A stretch of DNA of 64,000 bases from IMG/VR virus record IMGVR_UViG_3300035703_000003, one strand, 5' to 3'. The stretch is from a virus. Its lineage: Duplodnaviria; Heunggongvirae; Uroviricota; Caudoviricetes. Each line of letters opens with the position of its first letter. Positions within the stretch are counted from its first letter, which is position 1. Below are positions 33,851-45,100 of this stretch, piece after piece. Made by a program: the position numbers and the translations under genes. The notes below the pieces were generated by a model. It was not told where the DNA came from. It was given only the letters and a program-made list of their open reading frames with translations, and made no database searches.

Positions 33851-34942
33851 ATGCCAAGACTCAGATCATATTCACCATTCAAAACAAACGACTACAACTT
33901 TTTAGACCGTAACATCGGTGAGCAATTTAACATCGGCGGCGTTGGTGTTATTGTCCATAAGTATGTCGGACCTGCAGCGCAAGTAGACAAGGGAGACAAA
34001 AGCCAACCCAACTATATCGATGGCAGAGAGGTAGACCCACTTAGCGGAGAATTTATTAATCTCGAAGGTATTATCAACGAAACAAAAATACAAGATTTGT
34101 TGTTCTTAGAGAACCGAGATCGCAAATATGATCCTGATGTATACGAACTACGTGGTGTATATAACGTAAGCGACAACGACTTTGATTTAACACAATTTGG
34201 TTTATTCTTAAGTAACGATCAATTTTATATAACATTTCATATAAACACAATGGTAGAGATACTTGGCAGAAAACTTTTAGCTGGCGATGTTTTAGAATTA
34301 CCTACATTGCGTGAAGAATTTCCATTAGATGCCGACAAGCAACCTATTAGTAAATTTTATGTTGTGAATGATGCATCTAAAGGTGCAGAAGGTTTCAGTC
34401 AAACATGGTATCCACATATATGGCGTGTTAAGCTAAGTCCAATCAATGATAGCCAAGAATATTATGACATACTCGGTAATGCTCAGGACACAGGAAGTCT
34501 CAAAAATAACATTAGCACATATAAAGAAGAATTTAAAATCAGTGACGCTATTGTTGGTGCTGCAGCCGACTTGGATCCAGATGGCACTATGAACTTAGAT
34601 CACTTATTTGGTTATAGCTATGCTACATCAGGAGGGACTGTAAATGACAATAGTTCTTACGATCATGGAGAAACTGTAGATAGTGGGCCTACTTTCCCAA
34701 CAACCCCTTCCGAAGGACAATACTTTATCAGAACAGACTTTAATCCTGACAGAATGTTTGTTCGCAGAGGTAATAAATGGGCAAGAGTAACCGAGTATGG
34801 TGCAACAAAAACATGGTCTGACAGAACATATAATGCAAGCACATACATTAATAATGAAGACAACGTTACTGTTGTGAACAACCAAGAGTTAAGCGAAAAA
34901 CAAGCACTAAGCGAAGTGATTTTACCTAAGGCTGATGTATAA
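33851..34942 (+). CDS. Hypothetical structural protein (baseplate or tail region?)
   Basis: 363-aa ORF. First gene of a plus-strand block. Confidence 0.5.
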   Translation: MPRLRSYSPFKTNDYNFLDRNIGEQFNIGGVGVIVHKYVGPAAQVDKGDKSQPNYIDGREVDPLSGEFINLEGIINETKIQDLLFLENRDRKYDPDVYELRGVYNVSDNDFDLTQFGLFLSNDQFYITFHINTMVEILGRKLLAGDVLELPTLREEFPLDADKQPISKFYVVNDASKGAEGFSQTWYPHIWRVKLSPINDSQEYYDILGNAQDTGSLKNNISTYKEEFKISDAIVGAAADLDPDGTMNLDHLFGYSYATSGGTVNDNSSYDHGETVDSGPTFPTTPSEGQYFIRTDFNPDRMFVRRGNKWARVTEYGATKTWSDRTYNASTYINNEDNVTVVNNQELSEKQALSEVILPKADV

Positions 34943-36327
34943 TGTCAAATATAACTGCAGTTCCATATTTTTACGATAAACAACTACGCAAATACATTCA
35001 GCAATTTATAAGACTATTTGCAGGATTTCAGTTTGTTATTAGTCAAACCGATTCAGGTGAACCTATATATCAAACAGTCCCTGTTCGTTACGGAGACATG
35101 AACAGAGTAGCTGCACACATTTTAAAACAAAATAGTGAAAATGTTGTCAATACGGTTCCTTTCATTAGCTGCTATGTTATGAGTTTACAAATAGATCCTA
35201 ATAAACGTTCGTATAGTCAATTTGAAGACAGTGTTTCAGTAATCGAAAAAAAGTTCGACACTGACACAAACACTTATAGCAACGAAGCTGGTGACACATA
35301 TACACTACAACGTTATCAACCTGTGCCTTATAAATTAATGATGAATTGTGATATTTGGACTAGCAACACCGAAACTAAGATGCAGTTGCTAGAACAAATT
35401 TTAGTTTTATTCAATCCAAGTGTAAACGTTCATACAAACAACAATGCACTAGACTGGAGCAACTTGGGCATAGTGGAATTAACAAATGTGCAATGGTCAA
35501 ACCGAACAATACCACAAGGTGTCGACGACATAATTGACATTTCTACTCTTACATTTGAAATACCGATATTCATCAACCCGGCAGCAAAAGTTAAACGCAA
35601 CACTGTAATACACACAATCATTGCGAACATACACGATGTTGCAACTGGTTCTGCTGCTTTTATAGAAACAGTAGATGACATTGTTCCTAGATTTACATCA
35701 TATAAAGTTATCACTCTTGAAAATTATAAAATGAGATTTACTGTTAACAGTTCTGGTGTAGCATCTGCTGTATTGCTAAACAGCACAGGCGGAACAACTG
35801 ATAGTAGCGGTAACCCGCTACTATGGTTTGACGTATTGCAAACTTATGGCGAATTTAGAGACGGCGTAACACAATTACGATTAAAACAAACGTCCGATCC
35901 AATGGACACAACCGATGATATTATTGGAACATGTGCTATGCCGGATCCGGATGTTAACGAATTAATTGTTACATTAGATGTTGACACATTACCAGCAAAT
36001 ACACAATCTCCTGTTAACAGTATAATTAATCCAGAATATAGTTATCCCGGAGACGGCACATTGCCTGCTGCTACTAACGGCCAACGCTACTTGATACTTA
36101 ACACTATACCGGTCGGGGGAGCTTGGGGTAGTGTTGTTGCAGATAAAAATGATATTATTCAATACAATGGCACTGTTTGGGCCAGAACATTTGATGCAAG
36201 TGCAACAACAGGAACACATTACACAACTAACTTAACAACACTAGACAAGTTAAAATGGACTGGATCTCAATGGATCAGTGCGTTCGAAGGAACATACAAT
36301 CCCGGGTTTTGGAGAATATACTTGTAA
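34942..36327 (+). CDS. Hypothetical structural protein
   Basis: 461-aa ORF. Start overlaps the upstream stop (ATGTAATG). Confidence 0.5.
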   Translation: MSNITAVPYFYDKQLRKYIQQFIRLFAGFQFVISQTDSGEPIYQTVPVRYGDMNRVAAHILKQNSENVVNTVPFISCYVMSLQIDPNKRSYSQFEDSVSVIEKKFDTDTNTYSNEAGDTYTLQRYQPVPYKLMMNCDIWTSNTETKMQLLEQILVLFNPSVNVHTNNNALDWSNLGIVELTNVQWSNRTIPQGVDDIIDISTLTFEIPIFINPAAKVKRNTVIHTIIANIHDVATGSAAFIETVDDIVPRFTSYKVITLENYKMRFTVNSSGVASAVLLNSTGGTTDSSGNPLLWFDVLQTYGEFRDGVTQLRLKQTSDPMDTTDDIIGTCAMPDPDVNELIVTLDVDTLPANTQSPVNSIINPEYSYPGDGTLPAATNGQRYLILNTIPVGGAWGSVVADKNDIIQYNGTVWARTFDASATTGTHYTTNLTTLDKLKWTGSQWISAFEGTYNPGFWRIYL

Positions 36328-36785
36328 TGATTACAGCAAGTGGTTGCTGCTTCCTCGCATTAGATACCGGACGAATAATGCTACAACAACGGAGTACTGA
36401 AGTAACTCATCCACTTACATGGAGTTTTTGGGGCGGCAAGAGTGAAAATACCGAACGTCCTATCGAAACACTGTTACGAGAATGTAAGGAAGAAACGGGT
36501 CCTCTGCCTGACATAGAAAAAGTTTATCCTATACATACGTTTATAAGCGACGATAACAACTTCACATATCATACTTTTTGTGTAACAGTATTCGAAGAGT
36601 TTATACCGTTATGTAATAAAGAAAGCGCCGGCTATGCGTGGATTAAACTTGGCGCTTGGCCAAAACCCTTGCATAGAGGCGCTAAACTTGTTTTAGATAA
36701 ACCAGAGATGGTCGATAAAATAAAAACTATATATGATAGACAAAAAGGAAAACTCGATCTACCGAATTGGTTAGATAGTTTTTAG
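36326..36785 (+). CDS. Nudix hydrolase
   Basis: Nudix box GGKSENTERPIETLLRECKEETG (GX5EX7REUXEEXGU). ATG overlaps the upstream stop codon (TAATGA). The track ORF 36255..36785 uses an earlier alternative start. Confidence 0.75.
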
Positions 36786-37883
36786 TTCGCTAGCTACTCT
36801 TTTATATTCTTCCGAGTCTGTTCCGTAAATTTTAGCAATTTTATCTATCTTATTTTTTAGTATAATTTCTTTTCTTGTGTCTTCTAAATCAAAATTGATA
36901 CTATTGTATTCATCAAATCTTTTATCCAATGCAATAAAATCACTAAAGTCTATATTTACGTTATTTTCTATATCAATTAATGCAAATGTTGAGCCATCAA
37001 TAGCATATTTAGATGACAGTAAGTCAGATGAGAGAGACATATAAGAAGATAGTATTTTATTTTTTTGAGATTTAGTCGAAAGCAACATTTTGTCTTTATA
37101 GAGCATACTCGATGTTGCATACGATCTAACCCATGCAAATTTTGGATCTGTTAAATCGTTCAAAACGCCAATTGGTTCGGTGCTAAGTATCGATTTCTTA
37201 ATAAGATGTGAAATTTTATCTTTTGTTTTAGCTTGTATGTGCCTAATATAATCTGTAGGTATTAACATTGCACTGTAGTCAGAGTAGATTAAACCGGTAG
37301 ATTTATGCTTAACCGGAATATAATAAATTGTATCATTGTTGTCGGGTTTGATGTTAAAATTATATCGTAAATCAATATCTACATCTAAATCTATTAACCA
37401 TATATGAGAAACATTTAGTCTGTGCAAATCTATAGAAAAAATAATCTCATCTAAATTTTGTTTAGGTCTTATTAATTTATATCTTAATTCTTTTGGTTTT
37501 TCTAATAATTTTTTTGTAATATTTCGATCAAGCATAGAATAAAAGTATACATCAGCATATGTATAGCTAGCAATTGATTTACTCCTGACTGTATTTGATA
37601 TTACATTTGTTGGGACTAGTTTTATCACGTTCCAATCTATTGGCTTTTTAGATTCAAAAAAGCATCTAGCAAACAGATATTCTGTTTCCTTTTCTTCCGG
37701 ATAAAAGTTATAGTCGAAATCGTCGATTATTTGATCTTTGTATCTTTTATTCAAAATCCAAACAAACGGTGTGTCTGTATAACGTGCTGCTATGCTATTA
37801 TCGTGAAATTCTGATTCTTCTACTTCAATAATAGGCCAACGTTTAAAATTGCGCTTAGTTAAACTAAATGCTGTTCGTAACAT
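36771..37883 (-). CDS. Hypothetical protein, AT-rich, co-operonic with the glycosyltransferase
   Basis: 370 aa, rich in N/K/I/Y. Markedly lower GC than the flanking genes. Confidence 0.5.
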   Translation of the reverse strand: MLRTAFSLTKRNFKRWPIIEVEESEFHDNSIAARYTDTPFVWILNKRYKDQIIDDFDYNFYPEEKETEYLFARCFFESKKPIDWNVIKLVPTNVISNTVRSKSIASYTYADVYFYSMLDRNITKKLLEKPKELRYKLIRPKQNLDEIIFSIDLHRLNVSHIWLIDLDVDIDLRYNFNIKPDNNDTIYYIPVKHKSTGLIYSDYSAMLIPTDYIRHIQAKTKDKISHLIKKSILSTEPIGVLNDLTDPKFAWVRSYATSSMLYKDKMLLSTKSQKNKILSSYMSLSSDLLSSKYAIDGSTFALIDIENNVNIDFSDFIALDKRFDEYNSINFDLEDTRKEIILKNKIDKIAKIYGTDSEEYKRVASELKTI

Positions 37884-38473
37884 TATATAGTTCCCAATTC
37901 AACTGTTCCTAAATGGTAACATTTTTTACTAGTATCGACATCAACGTAAAGATTATATCCACTATCAACTAATCGTCGACAAAAATATATATCTTCACCT
38001 AAATACGAACTTGTTTGAACATCGTAATCAAACATAAACCACGGTTTAGTTATAGATCTATAAACATCTATGTTTGTTAACATAAGTCCCATGCCCACGC
38101 TAGATACGTTATGAACGCCAACAGATGCAGTTAATCTGTCATTAAAATCGTGCGTTAGGAAGGCCACGTTTCTGTATGGTTTTGTTCTAGTAGAATATGT
38201 GCAAGCTACAATATCGTAATTGTGCGACGACAATCTCTGATATAAATTTTTAGGAAAAACCATATCACTATCAAGCCAAAGTATGTAATCACATTTTGCA
38301 TTTAATGCACTACTTACTAAGGCAGTTCTTTGCTCAGGTAACACACTACCGTTTTGAAAAAACAAATTATAATCTACATTTGACCTAACTAAATGAGACG
38401 TTAATTCGTTTAAGCAATACGCAAATGCAGAATGAACTGTGTCCCGAACTGGAACACAAATTGCCAATTTCAT
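37883..38473 (-). CDS. GT-A fold glycosyltransferase (family-2-like)
   Basis: N-terminal ICVPVRD, DxD-type motif ILWLDSDMVFP and GEDIYFCRRLVDSGY block are typical of GT2-like enzymes. Confidence 0.6.
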   Translation of the reverse strand: MKLAICVPVRDTVHSAFAYCLNELTSHLVRSNVDYNLFFQNGSVLPEQRTALVSSALNAKCDYILWLDSDMVFPKNLYQRLSSHNYDIVACTYSTRTKPYRNVAFLTHDFNDRLTASVGVHNVSSVGMGLMLTNIDVYRSITKPWFMFDYDVQTSSYLGEDIYFCRRLVDSGYNLYVDVDTSKKCYHLGTVELGTI

Positions 38474-38910
38474 GTCATCAAATCGTCAGGAATAATATCT
38501 TCAGATGTAACTGATCGTTCTGCTTCTTTTGAAACATGATTTAAATAAGAAGCTATTTTTGTTACTTCTGAAACACATTCTTCGAAGTGTCTTCTAGGCA
38601 ATGATGAAATTCTCCCCATAGTCAATGATGTGACTTTTCCTTGTGAGACAAGTTCAACTGCACCTTCTTTAGCTAATCGCTTAATCCAATATTCAATTTC
38701 TTTAGCTTCAGTCATGACCAATTCTTCTTTAGGATACGATGACTCGTACTCTGACTTTAGATCTCCAAGTAATTGAATTAGAGATTTATTTTTATTAAAG
38801 AAGGAACGACTATTTTCTAACGTTAAATCTTCGCATATTTTTTTATATTTGCTTGCTACAGTAGGGTAGTTAGCTAAAGTAAATGTAGTGTATTCGAATT
38901 TTGTTGTCAT
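38470..38910 (-). CDS. Hypothetical protein
   Basis: 146-aa ORF, AT-rich, 4-bp overlap with the glycosyltransferase gene. Confidence 0.5.
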   Translation of the reverse strand: MTTKFEYTTFTLANYPTVASKYKKICEDLTLENSRSFFNKNKSLIQLLGDLKSEYESSYPKEELVMTEAKEIEYWIKRLAKEGAVELVSQGKVTSLTMGRISSLPRRHFEECVSEVTKIASYLNHVSKEAERSVTSEDIIPDDLMT

Positions 38911-38930
38911 TGATTTCTCCTATGAGTTTT

Positions 38931-39092
38931 CTTTTATCGACCGCCGAAACTTGAACTTAAGCAAACAGGGTTACCTACTGTAATACCGATGATCGTGCCA
39001 AGCGCACTTAAGCACCTGGCACTACCAGACGCAAAACCGTAATATACTTGAACAGTATTGATTGTTATAAAAGTGCCTGTTGCGGGTAACGC
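38931..39092 (-). CDS. Small hydrophobic ORF (about 53 aa, MALPATGTFITINTVQVYYGFASGSARCLSALGTIIGITVGNPVCLSSSFGGR) not in the track
   Basis: Hand translation. Lies between the giant fibre gene and the glycosyltransferase cassette. Confidence 0.25.
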
Positions 39093-39142
39093 CATTTAAT
39101 AAATCCTAGATTCTTTTTATACTAACATATTTATTAGCGACG

Positions 39143-42100
39143 TCAACCGTTTAATTTACTTTCTAACTGTGCTACTCTTTCTGCTAATTCCTTGTTTTGA
39201 ACTGTCAGCTCTTTAACAGCTTCAATTAGTAAACCAACCATGTTACCATATGCAACAGTTTTTATACCGTCTTCGTTTGTGATTACTACTTCTGGAATTA
39301 CTTCTTCGACTTCTTGTGCAATAACACCCATATGGGTTTTATTATCGTCTAAGTCTTTTCTAGTAAATGTAACACCACGAAGTTTTAATACTTTTGTTAA
39401 CGGATCTGATATTATTTCAATATTATCTTTTAATGTAACATCTGAGTAAGCACACACGTCACCTGTAGCAGTAAATGTTCCGGTATAAGAACCTGTCATT
39501 GCTACAGTAGGAGACCAACCTTCGCCTGCTGTTCCTGTTACCGAGATGCCGTTACCAGCAGTAAGTCCTGCTACATAGTTACCGGTTGTATCTGTTCCAA
39601 GAGCAACACTATTTGCAGCAATAGTAGCAGTGATTGTGATATCTGCACTTCCGTTAAACGAAGCAGATCCGGTTACATCTCCACCGAGTGAAATTGTTCT
39701 TGCTGTTGTAAGAGTCGCAGCAGAACCTGTAATATTGATGCCCCAGTTGCCAGAAGCGCCAGAACCAGTTAGTGTTGGGGCAAAGGATGTGTAATTAGTT
39801 CCGTCTAATATTGTGCGCCAAGCTGTTAAAGTACCGTTATTTCTACCCCTTACTGCTAATTGACCAGTCCTATAATCGCCAAATATTTGATGAACCCAAC
39901 TAGAACTATAAGCCTGTGAATATAAAGCACCGTCTGTTTGCCCCAGAAGAGAAACCCCAGTAATATAGCCTATGCCGTTATCATTGATAGTATCTGGACC
40001 AGCTCCATTTGTAGAATTTCCGTTCCTGAATTCAATGCCATCGATTTGGCCGGCAGTGGTTGCGCTAGAAGCATTACCACTCAAGGTAGCAGTAATAGTT
40101 CCTGCACTAAAGTTTCCACTTGCATCACGTGCAACAATGGCGTTAGCAGTATTTGCATTTGTTGCAGTAGTAGCGGAGTTTGATACCTTACCTGCAGTTG
40201 AAATTGTTGCTAATTTTGTGTCAACTATACCTGCGGCGGAATTAATATCTGCGTTAACAATCGAATCTGCAGTGATAGCCGCTGATATTGCAATGTTAGC
40301 ACTTCCATTGAACGAAGTAGCAGTTCCTGTCACATCGCCGCTTATCGCAATAGTCCTAGAAGTTTGAAGTGTGGTTGCTGTAGTTGCGTTTCCGCTCAAT
40401 GCCGCAGTAATTGTTCCTGCAGAGAAGTTACCGCTACTATCACGGAATACAATTGTGCTGCCAGTGTTAGCATTAGTTGCGTTCGATGCTACTGTAAAAG
40501 TAGAACCGCTAGATTGGTTAGCAGTAAATGTTGCACTGCCGCTTAACCCGTTTCCAGAAACAGCCAATGTTAAAGTTCCGTCGTTAGGAACACTGTATTC
40601 TGCACTTGTTGGTATATTAAAGTATGTCGAACCATCGTTTGTAAACTGCCAACGATCTGTTGTTTCATTCCATATTAATGCAGTGTTAGTGCTAGTTCCA
40701 CGTTCAATTTCGATGCCTGCGTTTTGACTAGGAGTTCCGGTTTCATCGGCATTTAAGGTGATAATATTATCACCTACGTTTAATGTAGTTGTATTAACAT
40801 AAGTTGTAGTCCCTGTTACAGTTAAGTTACCATATATGTTTACTGTATTAGTTGCACCCGAAGTGCTTGACCCGATGTTAATTGCAGTTGTTGATCCACT
40901 TGCACCGCCGGTTCCGAGGTTAATGGTCTTTGTTACACCACTAGCATTTGTTCCGGTTGCAATATTAAGTGTGTGAGCAACAGTCGATCTGTCAAGAGTG
41001 ATAGTTCCGGTTTGTGAAGTGCCACCTATTGTTAATGCACCCGATGTTTGTGCAGTTGCAAAGTCGACTGCAGCGGTTGTATTGCCACCTAGTAATGTAG
41101 TTGCAACGTTGCCTGCAGTAATAGTTCCGCCTGATACAGTTAAGTTGCCGGTAACAGTTCCTGCGCCGGCAACGTTAATTAAACCGCCAACAAATAAGTT
41201 ACCGTTCATACCAACGCCGCCGTCAACAGTTAACGCACCAGTGTCAACAGTTGTTGATGCTGTAGTATTTGTGATTGCAATAGCAGTTGCAGTTGTAGCA
41301 CCACGACCTGTTACAGATGAAAGAGTATCTGCTTCTGTTCCTGTTATAGTAATTGTGTTAGCATCAGTTCTTGTTACAGATACAATACCGCTACCAACAA
41401 AAGCAACGTTATCTGTAGATGCATCGCTACCTGTTAATCTTAATACAGTATTAGTCGCAGTTTCTGCGCTTATAGTGTATGTTGTATTTGAACCAGCAGC
41501 GGTCCAAGCTAGCTGACCCGAGCCGTTTGTTTGTAGTAAGTAACCGTTAGAACCATCGGATGTTGGCCATCTTAACCCGTCGAGTTGGATGTATCCGGAT
41601 CCGTCTGGTGTGATTAAAATGTTACCGTTACTTCCTACTGCACTAACAATGCTTTGACCGTTAACATCTAAGTTACCACCAAGTTGCGGAGTTGTATCTT
41701 CTACAATATTTCCAGTTAAACCGCCCGATGTAATAAGTGCTGCACTGAAGAAAGTCCCGCTACCATCCACTGTTCCTTTTTGTAAAACTTGGCTTGTGGT
41801 GTTTGAAGTAAATACCGTAAAATCAAGATAATCTGTTGTGCCATTTAGATATATCGTTCTATTAAGATTTGGTGATTGACCGGTAGAAGTGTTAATTATT
41901 TCTTGACTTAAAGCATATGAATTTCCGTTTTTCCTAATTTGCAAATTAGTTTGATTGTTGGAAATTACACCAGCTACCCACCATGCAGATAAAGTAACAT
42001 CATAATATCCAGCAATAGTCGGAGTAAACCGTTTAGTTGTTGGGTTCCACCAACTTTGTGCATCATCATAATCCACAAAATTAATTAATGTGTCTGCACC

Positions 42101-45100
42101 AGATGTCACTGTTTGATCTGTAGATAGTATACCTATAGCTATATAAGAACTAGCGACAATCCCGCCGCCAGCAACGTTTTGGAAATTCAACTGTCCGGCA
42201 CCGTTAGTTACAAGAGCCTGACCAATGGATCCGTCTGTTGTAGGCCATTTAATTGAGTTAATATCAACACCGCCGGTACCCGAACGAATTGCTACAGATG
42301 AAGTGCTGTTAGTGCTACCAATAGTAACAGCGGTCACACCACTAGTGGTCGAGCCGGTTGCAATGTTAACGGTTTTGGTTCCTGATGTATTTGCACCAGT
42401 CGCAATGTTAAGTGTATGAGCACTAGTGCTAGGATCTATTGTCATAGTTCCTGTTTGACTAGTACCGCCGACAGTTAGTGTTCCGCTAGTTAATGCGTTT
42501 GCAAAGCTGATGTTAGTAGTTGTGTTACCACCTAGTAATGTGGTTGCAACGTTACCTGCGCTAATGTCGCCGCCACCTACAAATAAGTCGCCTCCTATAC
42601 CAATACCACCTGTTACTATTAATGCACCAGAACTAGTGCTTGTAGAGTTAGTTGCGTTTGTTATAGAGATCGCAGTTGCAGTAGTTGCACCACGACCAGT
42701 GACAGACGATAATGTGTCGCTTTCTGCAAAAGTATTTGTAATTCTGATAGCATCACTGGCTGCATCAACGTCAATATTGATACCTGAACCACTTACAAGT
42801 GTTAGTGTGTCACCTGTCGCATCTGCTACTGCGCTACCTGTTCCTGCCCAGGTGTAACCGCTATCAGTATCTGTTACAGTAATAGTTCCAAAGTCTGAAC
42901 TTTGGCTTGTTAAGTATGTTGCTGTAGTAACCGCAGTTACGTGACCCATTTCATCAACAGATATACTTGCTATACCTGCAGATCCTTGGCTACCGCTTAA
43001 TGTCGATGTGTCTGCGTGAGCGAATGTAATTGTATCGCCCGATTCTGCAATTGTTAAGCCATAAGTTGTTCCAGTTGCACCTACTGCTAGAATTATGTCA
43101 TCTGTTCCGCTACCACTGCCGCCCGCTGTTAAACGAATAATCTCACTGTATATGTCGCCCCCTGCTTCGGTGCTTACACTGTAAGTTGTGTTAGTGTTAG
43201 TGACTGTTTCTGATCCAGTTGTATACGCTGTAACGTGTCCAAACGTATCAAATGTTAGACCTGTAACATATGTTCTAGAAGTTGCGGTTAAGTTTGCTGC
43301 AGAACTAGTATCTGCGTGAGCAATAGTTGCAGCGGTTCCTTCGCCTGCCGATGCGCTTATTGTAAGACCGCTTGTTCCTGTTTGAACTCCCGGAGTTCCG
43401 TCTGCAAGAGTTGCAACATAGTTACCAGTTGTATCTGTTCCAAGAGCAACACTATTTGCAGCAATAGTAGCAGTGATTGTTATATCAGCACTTCCGTTAA
43501 ACGAAGCAGATCCACTTAAATCACCGCCGAGTGAAATTGTTCTTGATGTTGCAAGTGTTGTTGCTGTAGTTGCGTTTCCACTAAGTGCCGCAGTGATAGT
43601 TCCTGCTGCAAAGTTACCACTACTATCACGAGCAACAACTTTTGATGCTGTATTTGTAGTAGTTGCGTCGACTGCTAGCGTTAGCCCGGCGCCTTCACTT
43701 CCGCCATTACCGCCAGTGATATATGAGCCGTTTGTAATACTTGCTACGTAGTTACCGGTTGTATCTGTTCCTAGCGCAACGCTATCTGCTGCAATAGTTG
43801 CTGTTAATGTTACGTTAGCACTTCCGTCTATACTTACGTTACCAGATAAATCGCCGGCTAATGTGATAGTTCTAGCTGTTGTCCAACTTGCTGCAGAACC
43901 TGTTATGCTTGCAACATCAAGTATTCCTGTTGTTCCGCTAAACACTTCACTTGTATTAGTTGCATCTGGAATAAAAGTAAATCGACCTGTGCTATCATCA
44001 AATCCAAAGAAACCTACCTTTGCTGCACTTCCATTGTGCCAACGGAATTCGATACCACGATCTTTATTATCATCGGTACTAGGTGCAGTGTCGCCACCTA
44101 ATGTAAGTATCGGATCATCTAGTGTTACGGTTGTGCTATTAACTGTAGTTGTAGTTCCATTTACAGTCAAATTACCAGTTACTGCTAAATTGTTATTAAC
44201 TGTGACTGTGCCACCAGATGCACTACCCAAGTTTATGTTAGTTGTTGAGCCAGATGCACCGCCTGTTCCTATGTTAACAGTTTTAGTAGTTGCGTTTGCA
44301 ACTGCGCCAGTTGATATATTAGTTGTACTTGCTGCAGTGCTGTCGTAACCTAAGTTAAGTGTTGTAGTTGCACCAAATGCGTTAACTGTTGTAGCAGTTG
44401 TATCAAATAATCCCATTGTTGCACTTGCTGCAACTATACTTGTAGTAAACGACGGACTAGTGCCAAATACTAATGCACCACTGCCAGTTTCATCACTAAT
44501 TACACCGGCTAATTCAGAGGATGAAGTTGCAGCAAAAACTGAAAGTTTATTTGCAGTGACAGCTAACGTGCCGCTTGCAGGAACAGTTACCGATGACCCG
44601 CCAGCATCTGCCGTTAATGTAATATTTCCTGTGTTCAGAGTTATAGTTCTGCTACCGTTGTTAACACCGGTTCCACCATATGTTGGGCTAATAATGCTGC
44701 CATTCCATGTTCCACTAGTAACAGTTCCAACAGTTGTAGCAGCGGCGGAATTAACAGCCGCAGTTGTAACAATTTCAGTTCTTACGTTTGCAAGTGTTTT
44801 TGGTCTAATTGCACCATCACTGGCTATTTCCACATAGTAATGTGTTGCAGCGGTTGTAGTATCTGAAGCCGATGACGTGATAGTTCCTGCACTAAAGTTA
44901 CCACTTGAGTCTCTTGCAACTATCGCACTATTTGTGTTTGAACTTGTAGCAGTGGTTGCAGAATTTGATACTTTACCTGCAGTCGAAATAGTTGCTAGTT
45001 TAGTATCGGCTATTGCTGCACTTGCGTTAATATCTGCGTTTACAATCGAATCAGCAGTGATGGCTGCTGATATTGCAATATTAGCACTACCATCGAATGA

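Noticed and set aside
33851-36327. Assigning the two plus-strand structural ORFs to specific T4 baseplate proteins (gp6, gp8, gp25, gp53)
   Set aside because: No convincing sequence blocks matched what I recall of those proteins. They are kept as generic structural or hypothetical.
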